A stretch of DNA of 64,000 nucleotides. Origin: Gammaproteobacteria bacterium (lineage in GTDB: Bacteria; Pseudomonadota; Gammaproteobacteria; Ga0077536). Of the stretch, positions 10,684 to 21,047 are shown piece after piece (positions within the stretch are counted from its first letter, which is position 1; each line of letters opens with the position of its first letter). Position numbers and translations under genes: made by a program. The stretch lies in assembly GCA_963662545.2 (NCBI GenBank), contig CAXXLL010000002.1:928001-992000 (forward strand), written 5' to 3'. The notes below the pieces were generated by a model, which saw only the letters and a list, made by a program, of their open reading frames with translations, was not told the DNA's origin and ran no database searches.

Positions 10684-11151
10684 ATGGGTGAAAAGCTGAG
10701 AAGCGGGGATACCCTGCCGCCGATTACCTTCGATCGGGTCAATGGCGGAAACGTCACCTTGCCGGGCGATCTCGAAACCGATTTTGCCGTAGTGCTCTTC
10801 TACCGCGGACACTGGTGACCCTTTTGCCGCCGGCAGTTAGTCGGCTACGAGAAAGCTAAAGCGGAACTCGACGCGCTCGGTGTCTCCGTATTTGCAGCGA
10901 GTGTCGATACCGGTGATAAGGCTCAGGAAGTGGCGAGTGAGGTGTCGTTTCCCATCGGCGCCGGCGTGACGCGGGAGCAGGCCGAAGCGATCGGCGCATG
11001 GTGGGACGACGGGCGCAGCATCGTTCAACCGGCCCAGTTCCTCATCCGACGCGACGGCACGATCGTCCAGTCGACCTATTCCGATGGCCCCCTAGGACGC
11101 CTGCTGGCCGAGGACGTGCTCGGCCTGGTCAAATTTCTGGTCAGCCAGTAG
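10684..11151 (+). CDS. Selenocysteine-containing peroxiredoxin-like (AhpC/TSA) protein (Sec UGA at 10816-10818)
   Basis: ATG 10684 after GAGGAG; FYRGHW-U-PFCRRQL (UxxC) in frame with ORF 10930-11151; hairpin GCCGGC-AGTTA-GTCGGC with loop 16 nt after UGA. Confidence 0.87.
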
Positions 11152-11219
11152 CGGCGCGGATCGATATCTGGCGCTAGTAGCCGGCGAGTCCGTCAATCCT
11201 TGCATCCCCCGGTTCAGGG

Positions 11220-12017
11220 TCATCGGCCGTGGTAGACGGGTGCCCGTTTCTCCATGAACGCACGCGGGCCTTCCTTGGCATCCTCGGTCTGGAACACAGG
11301 CGCGGAAACTTCCGTTTCGATCCGCAGCGCTTCCGCTTCGGGTTTTCCGAGGCATGCCTTCGTCGAACGGCGGATGGCCTTGACGGCCAGCGGGCCGTTG
11401 GCGGCGATCTTCTCCGCAATCTCCATGGCTTTGGCCATGACGTCCTCAACCACGTAATTGAGGAACCCCAACGCGAGGGCTTCTTCAGCGGTGATCAAAT
11501 CCCCGGTCAATAGCAATTCCATGGCTTTCGCATAAGGGAGTTGCACGGGAAGACGCACCGAAGAACCTCCGGCGGGGAAGATTGCCCATTTGACTTCCTG
11601 TACTCCGAATTTGGCCTCCGGTACGGCGACCCGGATATCGGTGCCCTGCACGATCTCCATGCCACCCGCGATGGCGTGGCCGTTGATCGCCGCGATCACC
11701 GGTTTCTCCGGATCAAAATCGCGCAGTATGGAGCGTCCCAGCAGGTCGGGTTCGCTCATGACCCGTTCATCCCAATCGTTTTCGGGTTGACGCCCACCCG
11801 AGATCAAGGGTATGAGCTGTCCGAGATCCGCGCCCGCACAGAACGCGCTACCGGTGCCGGTCAATACCGCAACGCGGACCTCGTCGTCGTCGCGCACGCG
11901 ATGCCAGGCATCGTCGAGGCCGACCGCCACCTCAGGATTGATGGCGTTTCGCGCATCCGGTCGATTCAAAGTGACGACGGCGACGTGACCGGTGAGTTCG
12001 TAATCGAGTAATGCCAT
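11220..12017 (-). CDS. Enoyl-CoA hydratase/isomerase
   Basis: LNRPDARNA, FCAGADL and AINGHAIAGGME motifs. Confidence 0.92.
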   Translation of the reverse strand: MALLDYELTGHVAVVTLNRPDARNAINPEVAVGLDDAWHRVRDDDEVRVAVLTGTGSAFCAGADLGQLIPLISGGRQPENDWDERVMSEPDLLGRSILRDFDPEKPVIAAINGHAIAGGMEIVQGTDIRVAVPEAKFGVQEVKWAIFPAGGSSVRLPVQLPYAKAMELLLTGDLITAEEALALGFLNYVVEDVMAKAMEIAEKIAANGPLAVKAIRRSTKACLGKPEAEALRIETEVSAPVFQTEDAKEGPRAFMEKRAPVYHGR

Positions 12018-12154
12018 GTTTCCCCCTCGTTTTGAACCTTTGCAATTCGCTCCGGGTCGCCTCGATCATAGATAAAAATGTCGATGAAATCGCCTGATCG
12101 CCAAGCTGCGGTCGAATCCGATCAAGTGAGTGCCGACCAAATTGATAAGATGGG

Positions 12155-12979
12155 GTGATTTGGCTCCAAAACCAAAGGTATGACGTGTTCAGTTACGTAG
12201 ATAAATCAATACGCGAGGATCTCGAATCCGACCGCTTACTGGTCACGCTCGACCGCGACAGCGCCGTAGTCACGGGCAATGATCCCTCCGCGTTCATATC
12301 CATACTCGGGCCGGTACCGATCCCGCGCTTGATCGGATCCCAGGAAGTCGCCCTCGATTGGTATCCTTTCGTGCGCCGCACCGAGCTCTCTCACGTGCTG
12401 GATGCTGCCCGCGACGTTGTCGACGGGGCAAGTACGGCATTTCGCGATCTGTTGCAAAGCTCGATGTCGGTTAATTCCGTTTTTGCCTTGCCGGGTTTTC
12501 GTGACAACGAAGCGCCGTTGGTGCGTTTGCATTCCTGCTGCCTGACCGGTGACGTGTTCGGCTCGCGCCGCTGCGACTGCGGGCCGCAGCTCGAGGCGTC
12601 GTTCGAGCAGATCCTCGCCGAGGGGGACGGCGCAGTGGTGTACATGAGCGGCCATGAAGGTCGCGGTATCGGCCTGTGGGCCAAGGCGATCACCTATCTG
12701 CTGCAGGATCAGGGCAAGAACACCTACGAGGCCAACGTCGCGCTGGGCCTTCCCGAAGATTCGCGCGACTTCAGCGACGCCGCTGTGCTGTTGCGCTATT
12801 TTTTATCCGGCCGGCCGCTGAAGCTCTTGTCCAACAATCCGGACAAGCGCGCGCAGCTGGAGGATTACGGCCAGGCCGTCACGGAAGTCGTTCCGATCGT
12901 CGCCGGCGTTAACGAGCACAATATTCGCTACATCGAGGCGAAGCGCCGCAAGGGACACCTGGTGCCCGACGATCTTTAG
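12155..12979 (+). CDS. ribA: GTP cyclohydrolase II
   Basis: VRLHSCCLTGDVFGSRRCDCGPQL, HEGRGIGL and LLSNNPDK motifs. Confidence 0.9.
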   Translation: MIWLQNQRYDVFSYVDKSIREDLESDRLLVTLDRDSAVVTGNDPSAFISILGPVPIPRLIGSQEVALDWYPFVRRTELSHVLDAARDVVDGASTAFRDLLQSSMSVNSVFALPGFRDNEAPLVRLHSCCLTGDVFGSRRCDCGPQLEASFEQILAEGDGAVVYMSGHEGRGIGLWAKAITYLLQDQGKNTYEANVALGLPEDSRDFSDAAVLLRYFLSGRPLKLLSNNPDKRAQLEDYGQAVTEVVPIVAGVNEHNIRYIEAKRRKGHLVPDDL

Positions 12980-13020
12980 AAGCGGTGAAGTTCGCTCGCC
13001 AGCGGGCGCGTCGAACAGAA

Positions 13021-13971
13021 TCACGGTAAATCGTTGATATCGCCGGGTGGACCTTCGTGGTGCGGACGGGTCGGGTGCGCCGCTAGGACGGGTTCACCCC
13101 CAACCGGTACGGCGCGGGAGAGGAATTCGATCACCGCGTCGCCGAATACATCGTTTCTGTCGCCGGCGACCATGTGACCGGCACCGGTGATATTGACGTA
13201 TTCACTGTGCGGGCACATGTCGAGAAAAGCCTGTGCGCCGTTCTCGCTCAATACCTCGGAGAGCCCGCCGCGCACGAGCAGGGTCGGCAGGGGTAAATTC
13301 CGGGCGCACGCTTCCAACCGGGCAATGCGCTTCTCGATATCGCGCGGCGCGGCCATAAAGCGTGGATCCCAATGCCAGCGATACCTGCCGTCATCGCTCA
13401 AGCGCAGGTTCTTAGCCAGGCCGCGCAGGTCTTTGGGCGGCTGGCGATGCGGCTGGTAGGCACCGATCGCCTCCGCAACCTGTTCCAGCGTATCGAAGCC
13501 TTCGGGTCGCTGGCTCATGAAATTGAATATCTTCTTGACACCCGCCCGTTCCACCTTGGGGGCAATGTCGACGAGCACGAGCGCAGTCGCGTCCACCCGA
13601 TCTTCGCCGATGGCGACGAGGCTCGTACCGCCACCCATGGATGCACCGACCAGGACCGGGCGGCTGTGCCCGAGCGCATCCAGCAGGCACAACAAATCCT
13701 CCACCATGATGTCCTGTCCGTAGGTGCCGTCGGGCGACCAGTCCGAATCACCATGGCCGCGGGCATCAAATGCCACGGCGTGATAGCCCGCTTCGCCTAA
13801 CGCTTGCCCCGCTTTTTTCCAGGCATGCCGCGTTTGCCCGCCACCATGCTGCAGCAGCACTAGCGGACCTTCGGGGTCGCCCCAGGAATCTCCTGCCAGC
13901 GTGACGCCGCCGGCGCCCGGCCAGCGGTGCATGGGATCCGGGGTTCCGGGTAAGTGTTGGCCTGCGCTCAT
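13021..13971 (-). CDS. Alpha/beta hydrolase
   Basis: HGGGQTRH, GASMGG and AGHMVAGD motifs. Confidence 0.88.
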   Translation of the reverse strand: MSAGQHLPGTPDPMHRWPGAGGVTLAGDSWGDPEGPLVLLQHGGGQTRHAWKKAGQALGEAGYHAVAFDARGHGDSDWSPDGTYGQDIMVEDLLCLLDALGHSRPVLVGASMGGGTSLVAIGEDRVDATALVLVDIAPKVERAGVKKIFNFMSQRPEGFDTLEQVAEAIGAYQPHRQPPKDLRGLAKNLRLSDDGRYRWHWDPRFMAAPRDIEKRIARLEACARNLPLPTLLVRGGLSEVLSENGAQAFLDMCPHSEYVNITGAGHMVAGDRNDVFGDAVIEFLSRAVPVGGEPVLAAHPTRPHHEGPPGDINDLP

Positions 13972-14092
13972 GGGAAACGGTATCCAAAGGTAATGATTGA
14001 GCGAATATTATGCACGCCGGAGATAACGCTGGCCCACCCCTTGGATAGAATGAGCAGCGTCAATCAGACCGCGGTACATGAAAGGAGGAGCC

Positions 14093-14686
14093 ATGCCTAC
14101 GCTTCTAAAAACGTTCCTGAACGGATTGCTCGCCTTCCTGCCGATCTTCGTCACCGTTTACGCGATTTATTATTTCGGTCTGTGGCTCGATCGCTTCAGC
14201 AGCGAATTGGTGCACGCGATCGCACCGGAGCTGCCGTACGTACCGGGCTTCGGAATCGTAGTCGGCGTCGGTAGTATTTTGATCCTCGGCGTGCTCGTCT
14301 CTTCAGGGCTCACTCGCTGGATCTACAACCTGATTGAAATTCCCCTTACGCATCTGCCCGTGGTCAAAGAGCTCTACGTAGCCCTCAAACAGCTTACTGA
14401 ATTTCTAAAACCTGATAATGCGCGACATGGCGGCCAGGTCGTGAGCGTCAGGCATCCGGACTTCGCCGTCAGTATGGTGGGTCTTTTGATGCGCCGTGAT
14501 GTCGACGACCTCGATGACCAAATAGCATCGGGTGATTACGTCGCCGTCTACCTGCCTTTGAGCTACCAAATCGGTGGATACACGCTGTTCATGCCGCGCG
14601 ACTGGGTCACGCCTGTCGACATGTCGGTTGAAAAGGCGATGCGCGCCAGCTTGACGGGCTGGATGCAGGTGCGGGACGAGGGTTAG
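14093..14686 (+). CDS. DUF502 family membrane protein
   Basis: FLNGLLAFLPIFVT...LPVVKELY...YLPLSYQIGGYT. Confidence 0.85.
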   Translation: MPTLLKTFLNGLLAFLPIFVTVYAIYYFGLWLDRFSSELVHAIAPELPYVPGFGIVVGVGSILILGVLVSSGLTRWIYNLIEIPLTHLPVVKELYVALKQLTEFLKPDNARHGGQVVSVRHPDFAVSMVGLLMRRDVDDLDDQIASGDYVAVYLPLSYQIGGYTLFMPRDWVTPVDMSVEKAMRASLTGWMQVRDEG

Positions 14687-14710
14687 GGGACCCCTGCGAG
14701 AAGCTTCTCA

Positions 14711-14791
14711 GGGTCAGGTCTTTCATTGCCACATAACGCCGTTGGATATTTGTGTCGCGGCGTCAGAATGTGGCAATGAAAGACCTGACCC
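14711..14791. repeat. REP-like long inverted repeat
   Basis: Perfect 24-bp arms GGGTCAGGTCTTTCATTGCCACAT / ATGTGGCAATGAAAGACCTGACCC. Confidence 0.85.
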
Positions 14792-14882
14792 CAGTATCAA
14801 CGGTATAGTGAACGAGTTCTTGATCCGGCCGGGTTGAGCGCTAAGCTATTGGGCGTTGCACAGCAGCAACGGGAGAGATTCA

Positions 14883-15674
14883 ATGATTGTAGAGCAGGTT
14901 TGGACGGGCAACGCCTATCGAAATTTCAATTACCTGCTGGTGTGCGGGGAGACCGGGGAGGCGATGGCCATTGATCCACTCGATCACGAGAAGTGCCTCA
15001 CGGCCGCGAAATCAAACGGCTGGCAGATCACCCAGGTGTTGAATACGCATGAGCATTTCGATCACACCGGCGGCAATGAGGCTGTTATCGCCGCTACTGG
15101 AGCGAAGCTGCTGGCGCACGCAAATGCCAAGGATGCGATTCCCGGCATGGACCGCGGCCTGGGTGCGGGCGATGTGATCAAGATTGGCAACACCGTCGAA
15201 CTCGAAGCACTGGATACGCCGGGGCATACCATGAGCCACGTGTGTCTCCTTTCGCATACGGATACGCCGGCGCTTTTCTGTGGGGACACCTTGTTCAATG
15301 CCGGCGCGGGGAATTGCCACCACGGCGGACATCCCGCCGAGCTTTACGATACCTTCGCCGATCAACTGGCAAAGCTGCCGGACGACACCCTGATCTATCC
15401 CGGCCACGACTATATCGGCAACAATCTCGAATTCACGCTCGATCGCGAACCTGACAACGATAAGGCGAAATCCCTGCTCGCCGAGGTGAAAAACCAGGAT
15501 CCCAACGCGCCCTTGGTCTCCACCCTGGCGCTCGAAAAGGAAATCAATACCTTTTTCCGCCTGCGCAATCCGACGGTGATCGCAAAGTTGCGCGAAGCGT
15601 TCAGTGATCTGCCCGAGAACCCGGATCCTAAAACCGTCTTCCTGAAATTGCGCGAATTGCGCAACAGCTGGTGA
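14883..15674 (+). CDS. gloB: Hydroxyacylglutathione hydrolase (glyoxalase II)-like MBL hydrolase
   Basis: THEHFDH, TPGHT, GDTLFNAGAG, PGHDY and LRELRNSW motifs. Confidence 0.85.
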   Translation: MIVEQVWTGNAYRNFNYLLVCGETGEAMAIDPLDHEKCLTAAKSNGWQITQVLNTHEHFDHTGGNEAVIAATGAKLLAHANAKDAIPGMDRGLGAGDVIKIGNTVELEALDTPGHTMSHVCLLSHTDTPALFCGDTLFNAGAGNCHHGGHPAELYDTFADQLAKLPDDTLIYPGHDYIGNNLEFTLDREPDNDKAKSLLAEVKNQDPNAPLVSTLALEKEINTFFRLRNPTVIAKLREAFSDLPENPDPKTVFLKLRELRNSW

Positions 15675-15696
15675 GCAACTGGACCAGTATCTGGCG

Positions 15697-16317
15697 ATGC
15701 TGAGATCGCTGATCGTCATCCTCACCATCGCGGCCATTGGCGCGGCGGGTCTGATCTTCTCGGGGGTCTATAACGTGAGCGCAGATTCACCGGATTCTCC
15801 ATTAACCGAATGGCTGCTATCGAAAATCATGCACGCGTCGGTGGCGCGGCGGGCAAAGGATGTCAGCGTTCCTGACTTGGACGATGCAGAGATGCGGCTG
15901 GCCGGCGCCGGCGATTTCGACTTCATGTGCGCATCGTGTCACGGCGCACCGGGTCGGCGCGCGGATTCCGCCGGGCAGGGTTTGAATCCGGCGCCGCCCG
16001 ACCTGTCCGAATCTGCCGCGCACATGACGCCGGGCGAACTTTTCTGGATCACCAAGCACGGTATCAGAATGACCGGCATGCCGGCCTGGGGCGCCACGCA
16101 CGGCGATGGCGACTTGTGGCCGGTGGTTGCATTCATGACCGTACTGCCTGAGCTCGACGGTAAGGCCTACCAATCGATGCTCAAGCGAGCCGAGCGCAGG
16201 GGACATCACGCCGTGAAGAGCGACGGCCATCATGATGCTGATACGGGCGATCACGATCATGGCGAAGCCACGGAATCCGAGTCACCGACACACGATCATG
16301 CGGCCCATTCCCATTGA
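15697..16317 (+). CDS. Monoheme c-type cytochrome with His-rich tail
   Basis: CASCH, GIRMTGMPAW and a C-terminal H/D-rich segment. Confidence 0.85.
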   Translation: MLRSLIVILTIAAIGAAGLIFSGVYNVSADSPDSPLTEWLLSKIMHASVARRAKDVSVPDLDDAEMRLAGAGDFDFMCASCHGAPGRRADSAGQGLNPAPPDLSESAAHMTPGELFWITKHGIRMTGMPAWGATHGDGDLWPVVAFMTVLPELDGKAYQSMLKRAERRGHHAVKSDGHHDADTGDHDHGEATESESPTHDHAAHSH

Positions 16318-16384
16318 TTTTGCTTTTAATGACCTTATTGCATTCCCTCACATCGGAGGCGATTGAAGCGGTTCGCCGTTAACC

Positions 16385-17218
16385 ATGCTGACTGTGCTGG
16401 CCGAACACGAGACCGCCATCCGGCTGGGCGCGTTCGGGGGCGTGTTCGCGGTCATGGCTTTGTGGGAACTGATTGCGCCGCGCCGAGCGCTCAATCTGTC
16501 GCGCTGGCAACGGTGGCCCAACAACATCGGCATCGTCGTGTTGAACTCGGTGCTCGTCAGGTTCGTGATCCCGACGGCCGCGGTTGGGATTGCCTTAACG
16601 GCCGAGTCCCATGCCTGGGGATTGTTTAACCAGTTGCAGCTTCCGGCCTGGATTGAAATCGTCGCCGCGATCTTGCTGCTCGATTTCGTCGTCTTCCTAC
16701 AGCATGTCATGTTTCACGCCGTGCCCGTTTTGTGGCACCTGCACCGCATGCATCACGCGGATCTCGATTTCGACGTCACGACCGGTTCGCGCTTCCATCC
16801 ATTGGAAATTCTCTCGTCCATGCTGATCAAGATAGTGGCGGTGTTGATGCTGGGGCCGGCAGTCGCTGCGGTCGTGCTATTCGAAGTACTGTTGAATGCG
16901 TCATCGCTTTTCAATCACGGTAACGTCCGCATGCCAGGCGCGCTCGACCGGATGCTCCGCACCGTTATCGTGACCCCGGACATGCATCGCGTGCATCACT
17001 CGATCGATCCACGCGAAACCAATAGCAATTTCGGTTTCAATCTGTCGTTGTGGGACCGGCTATTGGGTACCTACCGAGCGCAACCGGCCTTAGACCACAA
17101 TGCAATGACCATCGGACTCGAGCAATTCAGAGAGCCCGGCGCGTCACGAATTGACCGGCTCGTCATGCAGCCTTTCCTGGGTGCGGACGAACGCTACTCG
17201 ATCAATCGGCGCCGTTGA
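16385..17218 (+). CDS. Sterol desaturase/fatty acid hydroxylase family protein
   Basis: HVMFH, HRMHH, FNH and HRVHH histidine boxes. Confidence 0.9.
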   Translation: MLTVLAEHETAIRLGAFGGVFAVMALWELIAPRRALNLSRWQRWPNNIGIVVLNSVLVRFVIPTAAVGIALTAESHAWGLFNQLQLPAWIEIVAAILLLDFVVFLQHVMFHAVPVLWHLHRMHHADLDFDVTTGSRFHPLEILSSMLIKIVAVLMLGPAVAAVVLFEVLLNASSLFNHGNVRMPGALDRMLRTVIVTPDMHRVHHSIDPRETNSNFGFNLSLWDRLLGTYRAQPALDHNAMTIGLEQFREPGASRIDRLVMQPFLGADERYSINRRR

Positions 17219-17252
17219 GTAGAATGTGATAAATCATACAGTGGCGCGCATT

Positions 17253-19187
17253 CTACTTGCCTTGCAAGGACCGCGCCTTCGCGGCAGCGACATACCGCTC
17301 CACGTCCTCAGCCAGCAGCAGTCGTTCGCTCTCGAGTTCGGCCGCGGCCCGTGCGACGGCTTCGATATAATCCTCGGAACGCGGATAACGCTCTGCGATT
17401 GAAGGTCTCGGATCCCCTGCCGCGATCCGTTCCGCCGCCGTCGCCGCGAACGGAATGTACGATCCCACGACCATCAGCGCGCCCTCGGCGAAATTCTTGC
17501 CCCGCATGTTCCAACCCGTATGTGTGCCGAGCGGGACCATGATGTCGGGCGAGCGTATCCCCGCGGTCTCGTTGCCGTCCGCATCGACGGTGGGTACCAG
17601 CACCCGGTATGCGCGGCCGGCGATCGGTCGCGGCGGCTGCTTGCTGTAGTCCATTGCGGACAACTCGTTGACTAGTCCCGTGTAGTTCACACCCGCTATG
17701 TCGGGAAATCCCAGTCCTTCCCGCGGTAGCGGCGCTACGAGCGTGCCGTCACCGGCACGTGGAAAACGGCTGGTGGGCGGCCGCGTCCCGCTGCTCGCCC
17801 ATGCGTCCAGCGCCACGAGTAGTGCGCGGCACAAGGCGCCGTAATCCAGCATATTCACCGCATTAGCGGACGGTTTGAAAAATGGTTCCGCATGTCCCAG
17901 CATCGCCGGCCCCGCGTGTCCGCTACCACTGAAAAGATAGACGCGGACTTCATCCGGGAGACCGATATCCGCACCGGCCTCGTCGGTCACGACCAGCGAG
18001 CTGCGTCCCTGCCAGAACTCGGTGCTCGAATCGACGTGCATGAATTTAGGGCAGGTATTGGATGCCAGGCAACGCTCGAGAATGCCGCCCGTCTTCCCGT
18101 CGATCGGATCCAAGCGGGTCGCATACGTGAACGGGAACTGATCGCCGGGATAGGCGTGATCTTCGTGCTGCCGGTGAAATCGGCCGGGCTGGGAAAAGGG
18201 CTGGTTGATGAACATGCGCCGCGATCCCGTCAAGGTCGCGTAGATACCGTCGAATACCCGGCGACCCTCCATGTCTTCGTTGAATCCCAAGTGTACGAAC
18301 TCGCGCAGGAAGCGTCCGGGCTGCGATCGGCCGTAGGCGATGACCGTTTCGATCGCGGGACCGTCGGCGCCGAGACTCAGCGGGTTGGGCGTGCCGTCGT
18401 CGTCTGCGCGTGCATGACGCATGAACGCAACGACGTCGCGCACAGCGGCGAATCCGAGGCCCATGACGATGGGGTCGCGCGCCGGATAGATGAATTCGTA
18501 AATGGCGCCCGCATCGAACCCGGCGCTAAGATCGATTTCGATTTCGGTCGGGGATCGGTAACGCCAGCGCTCGGGCGGCACCGCTACTCGATCGTCCAGC
18601 TGGTGCTGGCGGACGGTGAGCGTCGCAACGTTCTGATCTGCCGTGCTGGCGGGATACGACAGCGGCGCGACGGCCGGGCCGTCCGTATGAGCGAAGATGA
18701 TCTCCTCCCGCGAGGTCTCGACGATGGGCGCGCCGTTGTCCGTCGCCACCGGAAAATGCGCGAGCAGATGGCTTTCTTCCGGGCCGACGCCGCCCTGCCA
18801 CGCGCTGAAGAGGATCACGTAACCCTGTTGCATGAGAAAGGCGTTGCCGGCGTCTGCCGCAGCCGAAGGATCGTTCGAACCGGGGCCCTTCTTAACGTCG
18901 TTGACATCGATCAACGCGAGCTTGTCACCGCGGTTCGGCGCATCGTAGAAGATTTTTCGATTGCTCTTCTCAATGTCGGTGGGTTTCAACAGGCAGAAGT
19001 CCGCCTGGTACGCCACCCGCCCAACGGCGTTCGTCGGCGCCTTGTCGAGGTTGACGATGCCCGCGTTCAGCCGGTGCGAAGGATCGGCTTGGCCCGAGGC
19101 GCGGCCCACGATTTTCTCGTAGGTCCCGGCGCGGCCAAACGAGATCCCGTCGAAAACGCTTTCCACGCGGCTTATTTCGATTTTCAT
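17253..19187 (-). CDS. Alpha/beta hydrolase-domain protein (tannase-like, about 640 aa)
   Basis: GxSQxGRFLR, VDSSTEFWQGR and DADGNE motifs. Confidence 0.75.
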   Translation of the reverse strand: MKIEISRVESVFDGISFGRAGTYEKIVGRASGQADPSHRLNAGIVNLDKAPTNAVGRVAYQADFCLLKPTDIEKSNRKIFYDAPNRGDKLALIDVNDVKKGPGSNDPSAAADAGNAFLMQQGYVILFSAWQGGVGPEESHLLAHFPVATDNGAPIVETSREEIIFAHTDGPAVAPLSYPASTADQNVATLTVRQHQLDDRVAVPPERWRYRSPTEIEIDLSAGFDAGAIYEFIYPARDPIVMGLGFAAVRDVVAFMRHARADDDGTPNPLSLGADGPAIETVIAYGRSQPGRFLREFVHLGFNEDMEGRRVFDGIYATLTGSRRMFINQPFSQPGRFHRQHEDHAYPGDQFPFTYATRLDPIDGKTGGILERCLASNTCPKFMHVDSSTEFWQGRSSLVVTDEAGADIGLPDEVRVYLFSGSGHAGPAMLGHAEPFFKPSANAVNMLDYGALCRALLVALDAWASSGTRPPTSRFPRAGDGTLVAPLPREGLGFPDIAGVNYTGLVNELSAMDYSKQPPRPIAGRAYRVLVPTVDADGNETAGIRSPDIMVPLGTHTGWNMRGKNFAEGALMVVGSYIPFAATAAERIAAGDPRPSIAERYPRSEDYIEAVARAAAELESERLLLAEDVERYVAAAKARSLQGK

Positions 19188-19381
19188 TGGACCGCCCCAC
19201 GGCCATTTCGGTTACGAACCCGCGCCGCACGATAGCATATCGGCGCCTTCCGTCCGCGGCCGCCGTGTCCCGCTGGCGACACGCGGAACCGACGGGGAAA
19301 CGCGTTGAACAGCCGGTCGGGATGTGGTCCTATCATGAAAAGAATCGCTCGAAGATGCCGCAACCCCGGGGGAGGAACGAG

Positions 19382-20623
19382 ATGGCAACTCCAAAGGTTA
19401 TCGTGCAGATCTATCCGATGCTGCCCGCCAAAGATCGTGCGGACCGCGAACGCCTGCGTCCGCTGGGACGCAACCGTGAGGTTTATCACGAGGTCATCCA
19501 CGACACCTGGGACCTTGTCCGCGAACTCGACCAAAAGCCGATCTGGGGCATAAGCACGATCGAGCACCATCTTCATTCCGAAGGCTACGAACTCGGTCCC
19601 AATCCCGGCGTCTTGAACGCCTGGTGGGCGAGCCAGCTAAAAAACGTCTACGTTGGCGCACTGGGCTACGTCATGGCGACGCGCGATCCCATCCGGGTGG
19701 CCGAAGAAACCGCCATACTGGATCACATCACCAAGGGTCGGTTCTTCGTCGGACTGACGCGCGGCTACCAGTCGCGCTGGATGAATACCTTGGGCCAGCA
19801 CGTCGACGCCGTTGCGACCGTGTCCGACGGCGGTGCCGACGACATCCGCAACCGCGAGATGTTCGAAGAGCGCGTGAACATGCTGATCGAATGCTGGACC
19901 CAGGAATCGGTAGCGAGCAAGCAGCCCCATTACGAAATTCCGTACCCCTACGAGACCGGTGTTGCGGGATATCCGGCACGTGAGAGTATCCAGACCGCGG
20001 GGGCCCCGGGCGAACTGGGGCCGGACGGCAACATCAGGCGGGTGAGCGTGGTGCCGAGCACTTACACCAAGCCGTATCCGCCGGTCTTCGTGCCGATGAG
20101 CGGCAGTGCGGCGTCGATTCCCTTTCTGGCCAGAAACGGTTTTCGGCCAGTCTACTTCACGCCCTTGCAGTCCCTGATCGAGTTCGCGAACCTCTACGTC
20201 GAAGAAGGACGCGCCGCTGGAATCGACTATGCGCTGGGCGAGCGCCAGTGCATCGCGCGCTGGGTTCACCTGGGCGATGAGAAAGAATTCCGCGACAAAC
20301 TCAGGCGCTACGACGAAGAAATGTATTACCAGCATTATTCGACTTTCTATGACAAGCTGCCGCGCTCCGACGATCACGAGACCAATATCGACAACATGAT
20401 AGGCAGCGGTATTTTTACGGGCGGTTCACTGAACCAGCTTAAGGATCAGTGGCACCATATTTACGAAGGACTGCCCGCCGAATACATCACGCTCATCTGG
20501 CATTACGCTCAGTGTCCGAAGGAAGTGATGCTCGAAGAACTGGACATTTTCCTGGAGGAGGTGCTGCCCGAACTCGACGCCGCTTCTTCCGACGAAAGCG
20601 GATCCTTAGCCCGGGTGTCTTAG
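19382..20623 (+). CDS. LLM-class flavin-dependent monooxygenase
   Basis: IEHHLHSEG and DPIRVAEETAILDHITKGRFFVG motifs. Confidence 0.88.
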   Translation: MATPKVIVQIYPMLPAKDRADRERLRPLGRNREVYHEVIHDTWDLVRELDQKPIWGISTIEHHLHSEGYELGPNPGVLNAWWASQLKNVYVGALGYVMATRDPIRVAEETAILDHITKGRFFVGLTRGYQSRWMNTLGQHVDAVATVSDGGADDIRNREMFEERVNMLIECWTQESVASKQPHYEIPYPYETGVAGYPARESIQTAGAPGELGPDGNIRRVSVVPSTYTKPYPPVFVPMSGSAASIPFLARNGFRPVYFTPLQSLIEFANLYVEEGRAAGIDYALGERQCIARWVHLGDEKEFRDKLRRYDEEMYYQHYSTFYDKLPRSDDHETNIDNMIGSGIFTGGSLNQLKDQWHHIYEGLPAEYITLIWHYAQCPKEVMLEELDIFLEEVLPELDAASSDESGSLARVS

Positions 20624-20784
20624 GGAACCTCTGAATAAGTCATGGCCCATCTGTCTTGCCCATGAAATCGCGGAGCCTTACGTTACGAACCTTAGCCCTA
20701 GTCCCGCTATGGTCTTCGATTCGTGCCTTGACCTGCACCATTGCATGAACCATTCAGACGCAACATGACTTATTCAGAGGTTCC
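20624..20784. mobile_element. MITE, 161 bp, TTAG target duplication
   Basis: TIR GGAACCTCTGAATAAGTCATG at both ends; TTAG on both flanks. Confidence 0.85.
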
Positions 20785-21047
20785 TTAGGCGACCGGCCGG
20801 ACACGTGTTGAAAGCGGGACTCGAGGTCTCCCGGGATCTCGGCAGCGTACACCATTCATTTCAGGTGATCGCTCAAACAATTTCGCGATCGTCCCACCCT
20901 CCGAACAGACAGCGGCGAATATCGCGCCGGCTGCCTGTCCGGTGGACTCAATTGCCGAGTTAACTGGATAGCCCGAATACCTTTTCCCGTAGCGGGTTTC
21001 ATATAATGCCCGCACTTCAAAAAATAACAGGGACGATCGGAGAAAGC

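Noticed and set aside
17892-19235. Long antisense ORFs (also 8338-9324, 32249-33349, 45843-46835)
   Set aside because: They are shadows of well-supported genes on the opposite strand in GC-rich DNA
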